NCBI RefSeq assembly: GCF_018977255.1
Contig: NW_024704743.1
Span: 46,998,001 to 47,062,000 of the forward strand
Direction of reading: 5' to 3'
DNA: 64,000 nt
Source of the DNA: Callorhinchus milii
Lineage: Eukaryota
Shown: in pieces, positions 12,450-23,424 of the stretch
How positions within the stretch are numbered: position 1 is the stretch's first letter
How the letters are laid out: every line of letters starts with the position of its first letter
Notes under the pieces: model-generated
Told to the model about the DNA's origin: nothing
The model's input: only the letters and a program-made list of their open reading frames with translations
Databases searched by the model: none
Made by a program: the position numbers and the translations under genes

Positions 12450-13587
12450 TTATCCTCATGAAAATATGTTGGCAAAACCTCGATTTTTAGGCAACACATA
12501 TTTGGAAGATCCTTGTTTGATGAGGTATTTTGAATTGGTTTATTTCATTGTATCATTGTTTATTGCTTTAAAGTTATTCAGAAGTGCAATGAGAACAAAT
12601 TCTTGGTCAAAGTCATCAAATTCAGATTAGTTGGCTATTCATCTCATTGTTGCTGATTGGACACTAGTGACGCAGATTGGCTACTCCCTTTGCCTTCATG
12701 TTGACATAACCCAAACACTAAATTCACTTTAAGATGATATAACGTGATAAGGTGTGAGATGACTCACCGACAGGACTCAATCTTGGGTGAGTTACTTGGA
12801 ACCATACGTCAGCATGATGCATAACTTCAGGAGAGGATGGGTTAAAAGCTAAGTCTAACTATTGCATTTTAACAGGTTATTTATTAACTTAAAAAATGTA
12901 TTACATTACAATTTGCAATTCAAAAGTATATTTTTAAGAATAAATTAGGATTATTTTTCAGGTTGACTTCATTCTTTTTTCAAAGTACTAAATTGTGAAT
13001 TTGAAATTGGGCCAAAAGGCATGTATGGGATAGAACCATAGAACCTGCCAGAGAATTGAAAGAGACTGAGGGGTGTTAGTTGATTCATTGTTCAGTTTAT
13101 TCAAACAGCGTGAAGAACAATAAGCAATGCAAACAGGTAGACTCCCTTCCTTGTCTCTCAGAGTGAACGTAATAGACTCTAAAGCTGAGATTGTTATATG
13201 AGGAAGCAGTGTGTGGTGAATGGAAAGGTTAATTCACATTGTTAGATGTACAGCAGTAGAAATAAATGGTAGAAAGTGTCAGTATGTTTGTCTATCTGGA
13301 GGGCTGGCAACCTAATGTGATTCACTATTTAGAAACAATCTGTGTTTGAAGTCTGTCCAATATCAAATAGTGAATCAATATTCACTGAAAATATTATACT
13401 TGTACTTCAGGATGTGTCACGGAAGGTGATTACAAGCTTGGCATTCCTACTTGAGTTTAATGGCATGGAAACTAGATGGAAGGACGTATTTGAATTTTTT
13501 ATACCATTTTCTAATGTAACGAAATTAAACTTCACGTTATCTTTAGTAACAGATTTTTTTTAAAAAATGAAATGTAGCAAACTGTAG

Positions 13588-13963
13588 ATAATAATAATAA
13601 TCATTGCATTTGATATAGCGCCTTATCACGTCTTTGAGACGTCTCAAACCACTTCACAGGATATACTGTAAAGTGAATTGACTGTGTATCTTGTGGGCGA
13701 AACAAGCAGCCAATTAATCGTGCACAGCAGTGTCCCAAAGACAGTCGTGGATTGAGTTGACCAAACTATTACTTTTTTTTAAGGGATTATTACCCCTGGA
13801 AAAGCGATCCGACAATCGACTAACAACCAGGTTCCTACTTACTGCTAGGTAAACAGAAGTGTGTGGAGTAAGGAAACTTGCCTAACGTTTCGCCCTGCCC
13901 AGGAATCAAACCCAAGTCCTCTAGCTAGAGGCAAGTGCTCTAACCAATATGTTACAGGACTCC
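13588..13963 (-). mobile_element. tRNA(Ala)-like SINE, long subfamily
   Basis: Same head and tail as the 11564 copy plus the internal ctgtttacctagcagtaagtaggaacctgg segment. Confidence 0.85.
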
Positions 13964-14631
13964 GTAATCACCACATTGAGAAATATCAGTGAATATACAA
14001 ATACAATAAATATAAATTTATATAGCACCTTTCATGTCCGGAGTTTGTCTTAAGGGGTTTAACAATCCTGGCTTGGTTCCAAGATTGAATATAAATAGGT
14101 TTGTCAGTGAAATGTAAAGAAAAGCAGGTTATTGACTTTGTGGGAAAAGCAACAAAGCCAACAATGGAAATTGATCAGGATTGATAAAACTGAGACCTGA
14201 TGAGGAAAAATTGAGATTAACAGATTTTATTTTATTTTATTTAGCAGCTGCAGGTTCTTCCTTTACAGAACTACTATATGTCAAGATTAGCATGTTGGAG
14301 ATTAATTTTATGTATACTCTATGGGAATGGCTTTTCAAGTTTCAATAGGGCTGCTAGGTCACCAAGTTGAGAAGTCACTAATAATTGAGAATACTAAAAA
14401 AAATATTTTTCCCATAAGCACGTAAGGGTAGATCTTGTCTCCAGACATTTCTTTATTTCATTGCGTTTATGTCAAGTGAAATACAAGAAACAAAAAGCAG
14501 CTGAAAGGAACAGATATAATGAATAACTTATGGGTTTCACTTTGCAGCGTTTCATATGATTAGGATTGATGCAGTGTGATAAAACACTGTATCAAATGTA
14601 TCAAATGTAAGGTTTATTATAATGAGTGACA

Positions 14632-14766
14632 CATTCTAATGGATAAGATTTCCCAACTGTCAATCCCAATGGGAGAGATGTTTCAGATGTCACTAATGAT
14701 GGAAAAAATGTAGCAGGCGTCATTCCTAATGGGAGAGATGTTCAGGTGTCACTCCTAATGGGAAGG
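14632..14766. repeat. Degenerate minisatellite, about 30-bp unit, 4-5 copies
   Basis: Recurrent cctaatgggagagatgttcaggtgtcact-like units. Confidence 0.7.
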
Positions 14767-16999
14767 CTTCATTAAGCACATTCTTGGTACATTCCGGAAA
14801 AGTGACAGAGGAGAAATCTTTCTAAGTTTTTTTTAACCAAAGCCTAGATTCCAATTCATGCTACCTTTAGCAGAAAACTATATTTTATCTAAAAATACAC
14901 ATTTTCCTGCAAAGTTACTGAAGCCAGATACAATATTCAAATCTTCTGAAATCCAAGTTGTTTGCACTAGTTCAACACTTCTCTCAATGTAAGTTAAATG
15001 CTTGAAGTATTAGAGCAATCATTCTCAATTTGCTACCCACACATTTCAGAGTGACTCTTATAGTCCTCAAAAAATAATAACTCTAAAAGGATAGAGATTA
15101 TTTTGTAATCCTGGAAAATGAAGAGATTATTCTCCATTCGTTGATAAATTTGCAAGTCTTAGCATCGGGTATTTATGTTTGTCAGTAAAATTACTGACCT
15201 TGGTGGAGTGTACTGAGAATGGGAAAATCCCATTGTAAGTAGTTGCTGTCAAAGTCAATTACATTAAATTAATGAGATGCAAAGTTAAAGTAAGATTACG
15301 AAACAAAAAGCCAGCTGCCTGAATGATTTATTTGTAAGTCATTGCCTAGAGGCAGCCACACAGAAATGGAAATTCCCAGGTTCAGTCCCTATTTGTTGTG
15401 TTGAGTTTCAAAGTCTAGGTTTGTCTCATCTGAAGCAGCAATAGGGAGAAAATGGTTCAACACCAACATTGCACAGGTCAATTTTGAAGAAAACTTTCAA
15501 AAGGCCATTTGCAAGTGCTTATGGAGATAGTAATGGAACAATGCAATTCTATTTTTGGTAAGAAAGGACAGTCCCCATCCCTTCTCCCCTACGAACAACC
15601 ATGCAATTCCAACACTGCTATTGTTATCTTCTCTTCCTCAGACAGCATCTCCAAAATAAGATTTGTATGAAGTTACAATTATCATTGGAGGTGCGAAATT
15701 TCTCATGATTTTACTGTCTTCAAATGAAATGTCATACCTCATTTTGGAAAATCCTTAAATTTAGGTTTAATCTGCAGTTCTTCTTCAATGCATAACTTCA
15801 TATTCAATTGTTAAGAACAGCTGTTGCTGATTCTGGACATATTTAGCAGAGTTGACCTTGAATATTCACATTCATCTAAATCATTGTGCCTACTGACATT
15901 AATTCAGCTTCCTCATACTGGTCAGGTTTAGCATTACCTCCGAACAAGTTCCCCTAAAGTGATTGATGCTAATTCCTTCACAAACATATATAAAATAATT
16001 CTTAACTCTTTTAAAAGTAGTCACCTTCATAACTTCATATTCAGCTGCTACTAGTAATATATCTGTATTTTTTAAATATAGGTTTAAGTTTGAAGCTGAT
16101 TTTCTGTAAGTTCTTTTGAAGGCTACAGTAAATGGGTGGCAGACTACTAAGACTGATTTCAACATTTTGCCAAATTATGCAATTTCTGAAACACTAAGAA
16201 AATAGAGTAAATCTATAGGTGAACCATATAAGAACATAAGAAATGCTAGACAAAAAAAGATCAAGTGCCATCTATTTCGCCTTCCACCTTCCTGGCGGTC
16301 GCATGCACATACTTCCCAAAGTATACTTCCTATGTACTATATCCGATAATGTTATTTTCTAAAAGAAAACTATCTAATCTGGGTTTGAAAGAAGCAACAA
16401 TTCTATCCCATAATTCACTAAACATAAATGGAAAATAAAAGCTTTGATTTGATTGTCTAAATCCTTCCTAGAAATAGCTAATCTGTTTGTTATCTGTGTT
16501 TATACATCATGGGTTCCGCATACAATCAGCATTATATGCCTTCACCAGACCAATGCATAACTTTTTGTCACTTGTCTGGGCAGGGGGGAAGGTAATTATG
16601 CCTTATCTGCTTGCTGTGATTTAATCTTTTAATTAAAGCAATATATTGTACTGCTCTTGGGCACACTGGGTTGGGGTGAACAGGTTGGTAGAGAGGAGGA
16701 GTCGGTTCCTCCCTGCTGTTTGATGTCAAAGTGAGTCTGGAAGAGAAGGTGGAACACACGTTCCTAGCTTTCATTGCTCTTTCACATGGTTGATTTTTGT
16801 TTAGGTTAAAGTTGGGGTTTGGTTAAAGCAGTGGTTACTTTCAATTTTTAAATCATTACTAGATTTAATATTTATTAGGCCAATGATACTTTAGGATTTG
16901 CATTGATTTGATGGAACGTTAAGTTGAATCCATGTTAAAGCTGTAGTATAACTGCATATTAACACTAGCAAATTAAGATATAGTCAAAGGTAACACGCC

Positions 17000-17680
17000 A
17001 GTACTGGGGATGTGCTGCATTACTGGAAATGTTAAACCGAGTTCCCATCTGCCTGTTCAGGTGGGCCTTAACGATCTCATGGCACTATTCCAAAGGAGAA
17101 GAGATTTCTCCTGGCAACAATCTCTCAGATAAAATTGGTCACTCACTTAATGGCTGTTTGTGGGACACTGCTGTGGGCAAATGGTTGCCACTTTCACGTA
17201 CCAAATTCATAGGCACTACACTTTATAATTAGGGCTTCTGATTTTCGTTTTGAAGCGATAAACCTCAATTAAACACCCCAATAAACACTGGAAAAACACC
17301 GGAAATACTTGTCCTGATGGAACTCCAAGGTGAGGTTTTCTCTCTCTCGCTCACTCTCAGTGGCCTCCTGGTGCGGCAACTGCTTTCCAACTCTTCCTCT
17401 CCTCTATGGGTGCAGGCGGTCTGGTGAAGCGTTTGTGAGGAGAGAGGCACTGTGTACGCACAAGGGCGCCTCTCTCCCCTCCATATATACAGGCATGTCT
17501 TCTCATTAGAACAACAAATTCTTGATAACCCCCCCATCCCATGATTTATATAAACACTCTAAAATTGCTAACTAAAAATTCGAATAACCCAGAAAAATCA
17601 AATTAATAAACCCTGAAAAACAGAAGCCCTTTTTATTGTATAGCCTGTGAAGTGCTTTGAGACATCCTCCAGACATAAAA
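17000..17680 (+). mobile_element. Deu-domain SINE split by a DNA-transposon insertion
   Basis: SINE body (gttaaaccgag...ctgcctgttcaggtgg...ctgtttgtgggacactgctgtg) runs to 17229, and its tail (ctgtgaagtgctttgagacatcctcc) resumes after 17640. Confidence 0.75.
17230..17631. mobile_element. Non-autonomous hAT-type DNA transposon (MITE), about 402 bp
   Basis: TIRs tagggcttctgattttc / gaaaaacagaagccct(t) and 8-bp flanking repeats tttataat (17222-17229) / tttattgt (17632-17639). Confidence 0.75.
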
Positions 17681-17684
17681 CAAA

Positions 17685-18370
17685 AAAAAATACATTTGTA
17701 TATGTCAGTAGGACGTCCCAAGGCGCTGGACAATGAATGTTTCAAAGCCGAGCTGGGTGTCAGGTACATGATGGGCGGGGGGGAAGCAGGGTGACCAAAG
17801 GCACAGTCAAAGAGGAGGGTCTTGAGATGTGTCTTGAAGGAGGTAAAGGAGGGGGCGAGTCAGAGGGACTGCTGAATGGAATTCTAGAGGGTGAGGGCAG
17901 AGTGGCTGAAGGCCTGCCTGCCAATGGTGGGGTTGGCGAGGTGGGGGATGTGAAGCAGGGGACACTGAGCAGAGGGAGCGGGCAGGTTGGTAGAGTTAGA
18001 AGGTCATAGAGATAGGGGGAGCAAGGCAATGGAGGGCTTTGAAAGTGAGGACCAGGAACTTGAACTGTGTCCTTTGTGTGATGGGAAGCCAGTGGAGTCA
18101 GGCAAGGATGGGGATGATAGGATCGCAGAGCCTGGTGCGGGAGAGGAAACGGTGGAAAGACGGAGTGGGTCATGGCACGTATGTGGAGTATGAGGGACAA
18201 TTAAGGTTCCGTATTAGCTTTGTGAGATACAGAGTGCATCCATGGAGGGAGATGCTGTCAGCGCCTGAGGTATAGAGGCTTGACGGGAACCAAGTAGGAG
18301 GGCCTTGGTCTTGTTGACATTCAACTGTAGGAAGCTCTCATCCAAGACTTGATGTCTGACAGGCAGTTAG
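17685..18370 (-). mobile_element. L2 LINE 3' fragment with internal deletions
   Basis: Reverse complement of the L2 ORF2 C-terminus and tail, similar to the 45655-47070 copy. Confidence 0.88.
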
Positions 18371-18388
18371 TAACCCTAACCCTAACCC
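18371..18388. repeat. Interstitial telomeric repeat (TAACCC)3
   Basis: taaccctaaccctaaccc directly abuts the 5' truncation point of the L2. Confidence 0.7.
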
Positions 18389-19929
18389 ATAAAGGTTACT
18401 GCATCAAATATAAGGAATATTAATATTATTGATCAGCTCTCATGAAATTGGTACGACATTACGTCAAGGGATTATTCTTACCAGTCTGTTTGCACACTGG
18501 CACTCACAAGCTTCACTTAATACCCTTGTGCATTATGCAGTGTCAGTTCATACTGACTCAGTTGGTAGCACTCTCAGCTCTGAGTCAGAAGTTTGTGAGT
18601 TCAAGCCATACATTGGGGACTTTGAGCTCCCTATCTAGGCTATCGTTCCACTCCAGTACTGGGTGGGGGGAGGGGCGGTTCAGGAAAACAACATAGTTGA
18701 AGTTAAGATACTTTGATGATATAAGCAATATGTTTTCTATGGAGTTAATGGAAACCTCACTCAAAGTAGAGTCTGAGCAGAGGCAGAGTTGGGAAATCTG
18801 GGCAATTGAACACAGTCTAACAGGTTAGCTCATAGTTTGCTAAATGGCAGAGCATAGTCCAGAACCCAACAGTGCTATAATATTTTTTGTTACAAGACAT
18901 GAGTTTCAAGTTCATTATTATACAAGAGAGCTTGCACAGCGAGTTGACTTTCAACGATTTGTCTGTGATACATAACTTTTACGAACACACAGCAGTGGCA
19001 CCATCAAATTGTAGTTTTTATGGCAGTCCCTGGAAACTGGCATGGTGGTGTTGACGTAATCAAGGCAACAAACAACAGATGCCTGACAGCCAATGCTTCT
19101 GTTTCTGGATACATAATTGCTGAAGAATGCAGTACAATATAAATATACAGAGTCATAGCTAGGGCCACCAGGCATGCTCATTTGCAATAAAACTAGAAAT
19201 TTGCATAGAAGCGAAAGGACGGATCAAGAGCTTCACTTGAAAAAATTGTGCTTGAGGCAGTTTATGTGCTTCCTAATTACAATTGTTGGTGTGACTGATA
19301 AATTGAGGAATTTAGCAATGTTATGAATTAGGGCAGTAAAGTGGAATTAAATTGCATCTATTGTGCAGTTTATGAAGGTGCAATTCAAAATTTAAAATGG
19401 AATCCTCCCTAAATAAATATTGTGGACTATTGATTGTGCATTACTACCATGCTTTGTATTGTGCTCTTATGCAGCAATAAGTTCTTTTGAGATTTTTTTC
19501 CCCCACACTCAAAAAACAATTGTCATATTACACTGGTATCCTAGCACTGGTGAAATGCAGTATCCCAGCAACTAAAACATATTTCTGTGCAGCTGATCTT
19601 CCTGTTAAGTGGTGTGATACCTAAGGACTTTTGTGCGATGTGATCACTTAATCTGATCACATCACACAAACTCGACCACTCAATGAGCTGTGCATTAGCA
19701 CAGCTGATCACCTGAGTGTCGAGTGGAGCTGGTAACCATGTGGTCACTGGGGGACAAAGAAAAAAATGGAATTCCTTACGGGATTTGGAATTATTCAAAC
19801 ACATAAGGACTCGAATGAAGACGAAGGGCGTGCTAATTTTCAAGGAATCATAAATGAGAAAGTAAGTGGAATGATGAGTAACTTTTAATAGAAACAGCAA
19901 GATTCTTGAGCAGAGAGTCCAGCAGCATA

Positions 19930-20409
19930 TGTGAGGACCAGGATCTTGAACTGGATCCTCTGAAGGATAGGGAGCCAATGGAGTCGGGCGAGAATGGGGG
20001 AGATGGGGTCACAGAGTTTGGTCTGGGAGAGGACACGGGCTGCAGAGTTCTGGATTATCTGCAGCCTGTGGAGGGAGGAGTTGGGAAGGCAGACAAGCAG
20101 AGCGTTTGCATAGTTGAGCCTGGAGGTGATGAAGGCATGAACAAGAGTTTCAGAGGCCTGAGGGGTAAGGGAGTGGCAGAGTCGGGCGATGTTACGGAGG
20201 TGAGCGGGTCATAGCTTGAATGTGGGGGAGAAAAAAACAGTTGAGGGTCGAACAAGACACCCAGGTTCCTGACTGGCTTGGTGAGTTGAAGTGTGCAGCC
20301 ATGGAGGTTGATGCTACCAGAGCCTGAGGCACTGGCGCAAGCCAATCAGGAGGGCCTCAGTCTTGTTCACATTCAACTGTAGGAAATTTGCCCTCATCCA
20401 GGACTTGAT
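19930..20409 (-). mobile_element. L2 ORF2 fragment
   Basis: Minus-strand peptides [23 protein letters not shown] and VRNLGVLFDPQL. Confidence 0.88.
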
Positions 20410-22398
20410 TGAAGATACAGTTACAGCCCTGGAAAGGGACGATGTGCTAAAGGGTCCAAAACCAGAATCTATTTGGATAGAGTTAAGGAGCAGAAAAGGA
20501 ACTGTTATTCTGTTGGGTGAACACGATAGACCACCAAATAGTGGGAAGGAGATAGACGAGCAAATCTGCAAGCAGATTTCAGAAAGATGCAAAAACAGTA
20601 GTGGACTTCAATTATCCTAACATAGACTGGCAAAACAACAGTGTAAAGGGCAAGGAGGGGGACAGAATTCCTGAAATGTGTGCAGGATAACTTTCTGGAT
20701 CAGTATGTTTCCAGCCCAACGGGGAAGGAAGCAGTGCTGGATCTAATTCTGGGGAATTAAATGGGGCAAGTGGAGCAGGTTTCAGTAGGAGAGCACCTGG
20801 ACAACAGTGGTCACAATATCATTAGGTATAGAGTACGTATGGAATGGGACAAGGAACAATCAAAGGTGAAGATACTCAACTGGTTCATGATAAATGTCAG
20901 GTCAGAAGATAATCAAATAGAATATAGAAAGTACAGAGAAGAACTTAAAAAGGAATAACAACAAGAGGATTACATTTGTATAGCGCATTTCACGTCAGGA
21001 GGACGTCCCAGGGCGCAGGACAGAGTACAGCATTTCAATAAGAGGGGCAAAGAAATTGTATGAGAAAAGATTAGCGTGTAACATAAAAGGGAACCCTAAG
21101 GTATTTTATAAATTTTCACTTAGAAAAATATGCATTCATAAAGGACAGTCAACATGGGCTTGTTAAAGGCAAATTGTGTCTAACAAACCTGATAAGAGTT
21201 TTTTTATGAAGTAATGGAGAGGGTGGATGAAGATAGTGCTGTTGATGCTGTTTATATGGATTTTAAAAGGCGTTTGATAAGTGCCAAAAGAGACTTGTAA
21301 GCAAAATAGAAGCCCATGGTATTAAAGGGATACAGAACTGGCTGGAAGACAAAAAAGCAGAGAGTGGTGGTGAATAGTTGTTTTTCTGACTGGAGGGAAG
21401 TGTGCAGTAATGTTCCCCAGGGGTCAGTATTAGGACCACTGCTATTTTTGATCTATATAAATGACCTGGACTTGGGTATATAGGGAGTAAAATTTCCATG
21501 TTCGCAGATGATACTAAGCTAGGAAAAGTAGCAAACAGTGAGGAGGATAGTAGCAGATTGCAAGAGGACATAGACACATAGACAGACTGGTAAAATGGGC
21601 AGTCACGTGGTAGATGACGTTTAATGTGGAGAAATGCGAAGTGATGCATTTTGGAAGGAACAATGAGGAGAGGCAATATAAGCTGATGGTAGAATCTTAA
21701 AGGGGGTGAAAGAAAGAGAGACCTGGGGGTTAATATAAGTAAATCTTTGAAGGTAGCAGGACAGGTAACAAAACATACGGGATGCTAGGCTTTATAAATA
21801 GGGGCATAGAATTACAAAAGTCAGGAAGTTATGATGAACCTTTATAAAACACTGGTTAGGCCTCAGCTAGTGTACTGTGATTAGTTCTGGGCACCACACT
21901 TTAGGAAGGATGTCAAGCCATTGGAACGGGTACAAAGGAGATTTACCAGGATGGTACCAGGAATGAGGGAGAGGCTAGAGAAGATAGGATTATTCTCTTT
22001 GGAGCAGAGAAGGTTAAGAGGAGACTTAATAGAAGTTTTCAAAATTATGAGGGGATTCGATAGGGCGAACAAGAAGAAACTATTTCCACTGGCGGGTGTA
22101 TTGGTAACCCGAGGGCACCGATTTAAAATAGTTGTTAAAAGAAACAGAAGAGAGGTGAGGATAAATCTTTTTCACACAAAGTTATTTGGATCTGGAATGC
22201 ATTGCCTGAAAGGGTGGTAGAAACCGATTCGATAACAACTTTTAAGAGTGAAGCAGATAATTATTTGGGGAGGACAAGTTTACAGGGCTATGGGGAGAGC
22301 GCGGGGGAGTGGGATTGATTTGGATAGCTCTTTTCTCAGAACCAGTACAGACACGATAAGCCAAATGGCCTCCTTCTGTGCTCTATGATTCTATGATA
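20410..22398 (+). mobile_element. CR1 LINE (endonuclease end, RT, 3' tail) with internal deletions
   Basis: Peptides ESIWIELR...RPPNSG, YMDF.KAFDK, SMFADDTKL and ERVQRRFTRMVPG, ending in the ctatgattctatga tail. An L2 3' tail is inserted at about 20957-21020. Confidence 0.92.
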
Positions 22399-23069
22399 AA
22401 TTGTTGGAGCCAGCAGAGTTCCTCTAGCTGTATATTACCTAGGAATTTAGTAGTGAGACTCAGGTGATGGAAAATGTGTGTGTGGGGGGTGGGGGTGCTT
22501 TCAATATTAACTACTTTAACTTTGAACATGTGGCTGGGCAAAAGTACAGGTTTTCTTAATGCACAGTTTTTTCTTATTTACCTTTTAGAATCAAGGAATA
22601 TGTAAGCAGCTCTTTACTTCAGGAGACAAAGTGGATGTGTATCTGTTAGTCTGGGATTTTCTGAATGATTTCCAGAAGAACCAGGCTTGTCATGTTGAGT
22701 GATTTTCATGTTCCTAATTTTGCAGGTCAGTACAAAAGTGCCTAAGAACAGTGCTTCTTAACAATTCCAGTACCATAGACCAGCTTAATTAATTATTGAA
22801 AATATTGCAGACCATTAGTAGACATGTCTGTTGTGTCACTCAGTCTATGGACTTGCTATGACAAGGTTATCACAGACCTGAGACCAGTGTTTGAGAGGCA
22901 CTGCACTAGCAGACATTTGCCCGTAACCCTATAATTGGGGTGGTGACTCATATGGAGTATAAATGCTGGTACAGGCATGCTGGGCTGAATTGCCTGTTTC
23001 TGTGCTGTTGCGTTCTATGTAATGCAATTCTATTTTGTTTCCAGAAGTAAAGAAAGTGAAAGTCCTGTA

Positions 23070-23370
23070 GGAGTCCTGTAGCTCAGTGGTTAAAGCACTC
23101 GCTTTGCAAGCGAGAGACCTGAGTTCAATTCCAGGCAGGGCAAAACCTTGGGCAAGTTTCCTTACTCCACACGCAATAATAATCCCTCCAAAAAACAAAA
23201 ACAATAATAAATTGGTCATTTTCAATCTACGACTGTTTGTGGGACATTGCTGTGCGCAATTGGCTGCCGCGTTCGCCCAGTCAATTCACTTTACAGTGTG
23301 TTCTGTGAAAAGCTTTGGGACGTCCTCCCGGCGTGAAAAGCGCTATATCAAATGCAAGGATTATTATTAT
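23070..23370 (+). mobile_element. Young tRNA(Ala)-like SINE, short subfamily
   Basis: Intact A and B boxes, anticodon arm ctcgc-tttgcaa-gcgag, Deu core and L2-type tail. Nearly identical to 39609-39928 (minus). Confidence 0.92.
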
Positions 23371-23424
23371 AAAGATTGAGCTGCAGATATGCAAACCTGA
23401 ATTACCAATCCTGTTCAGCAGGAG

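Noticed and set aside
23070..23150. tRNA-Ala(TGC) gene
   Set aside because: The acceptor stem does not close, and the sequence continues into a SINE body and tail repeated many times in the window.
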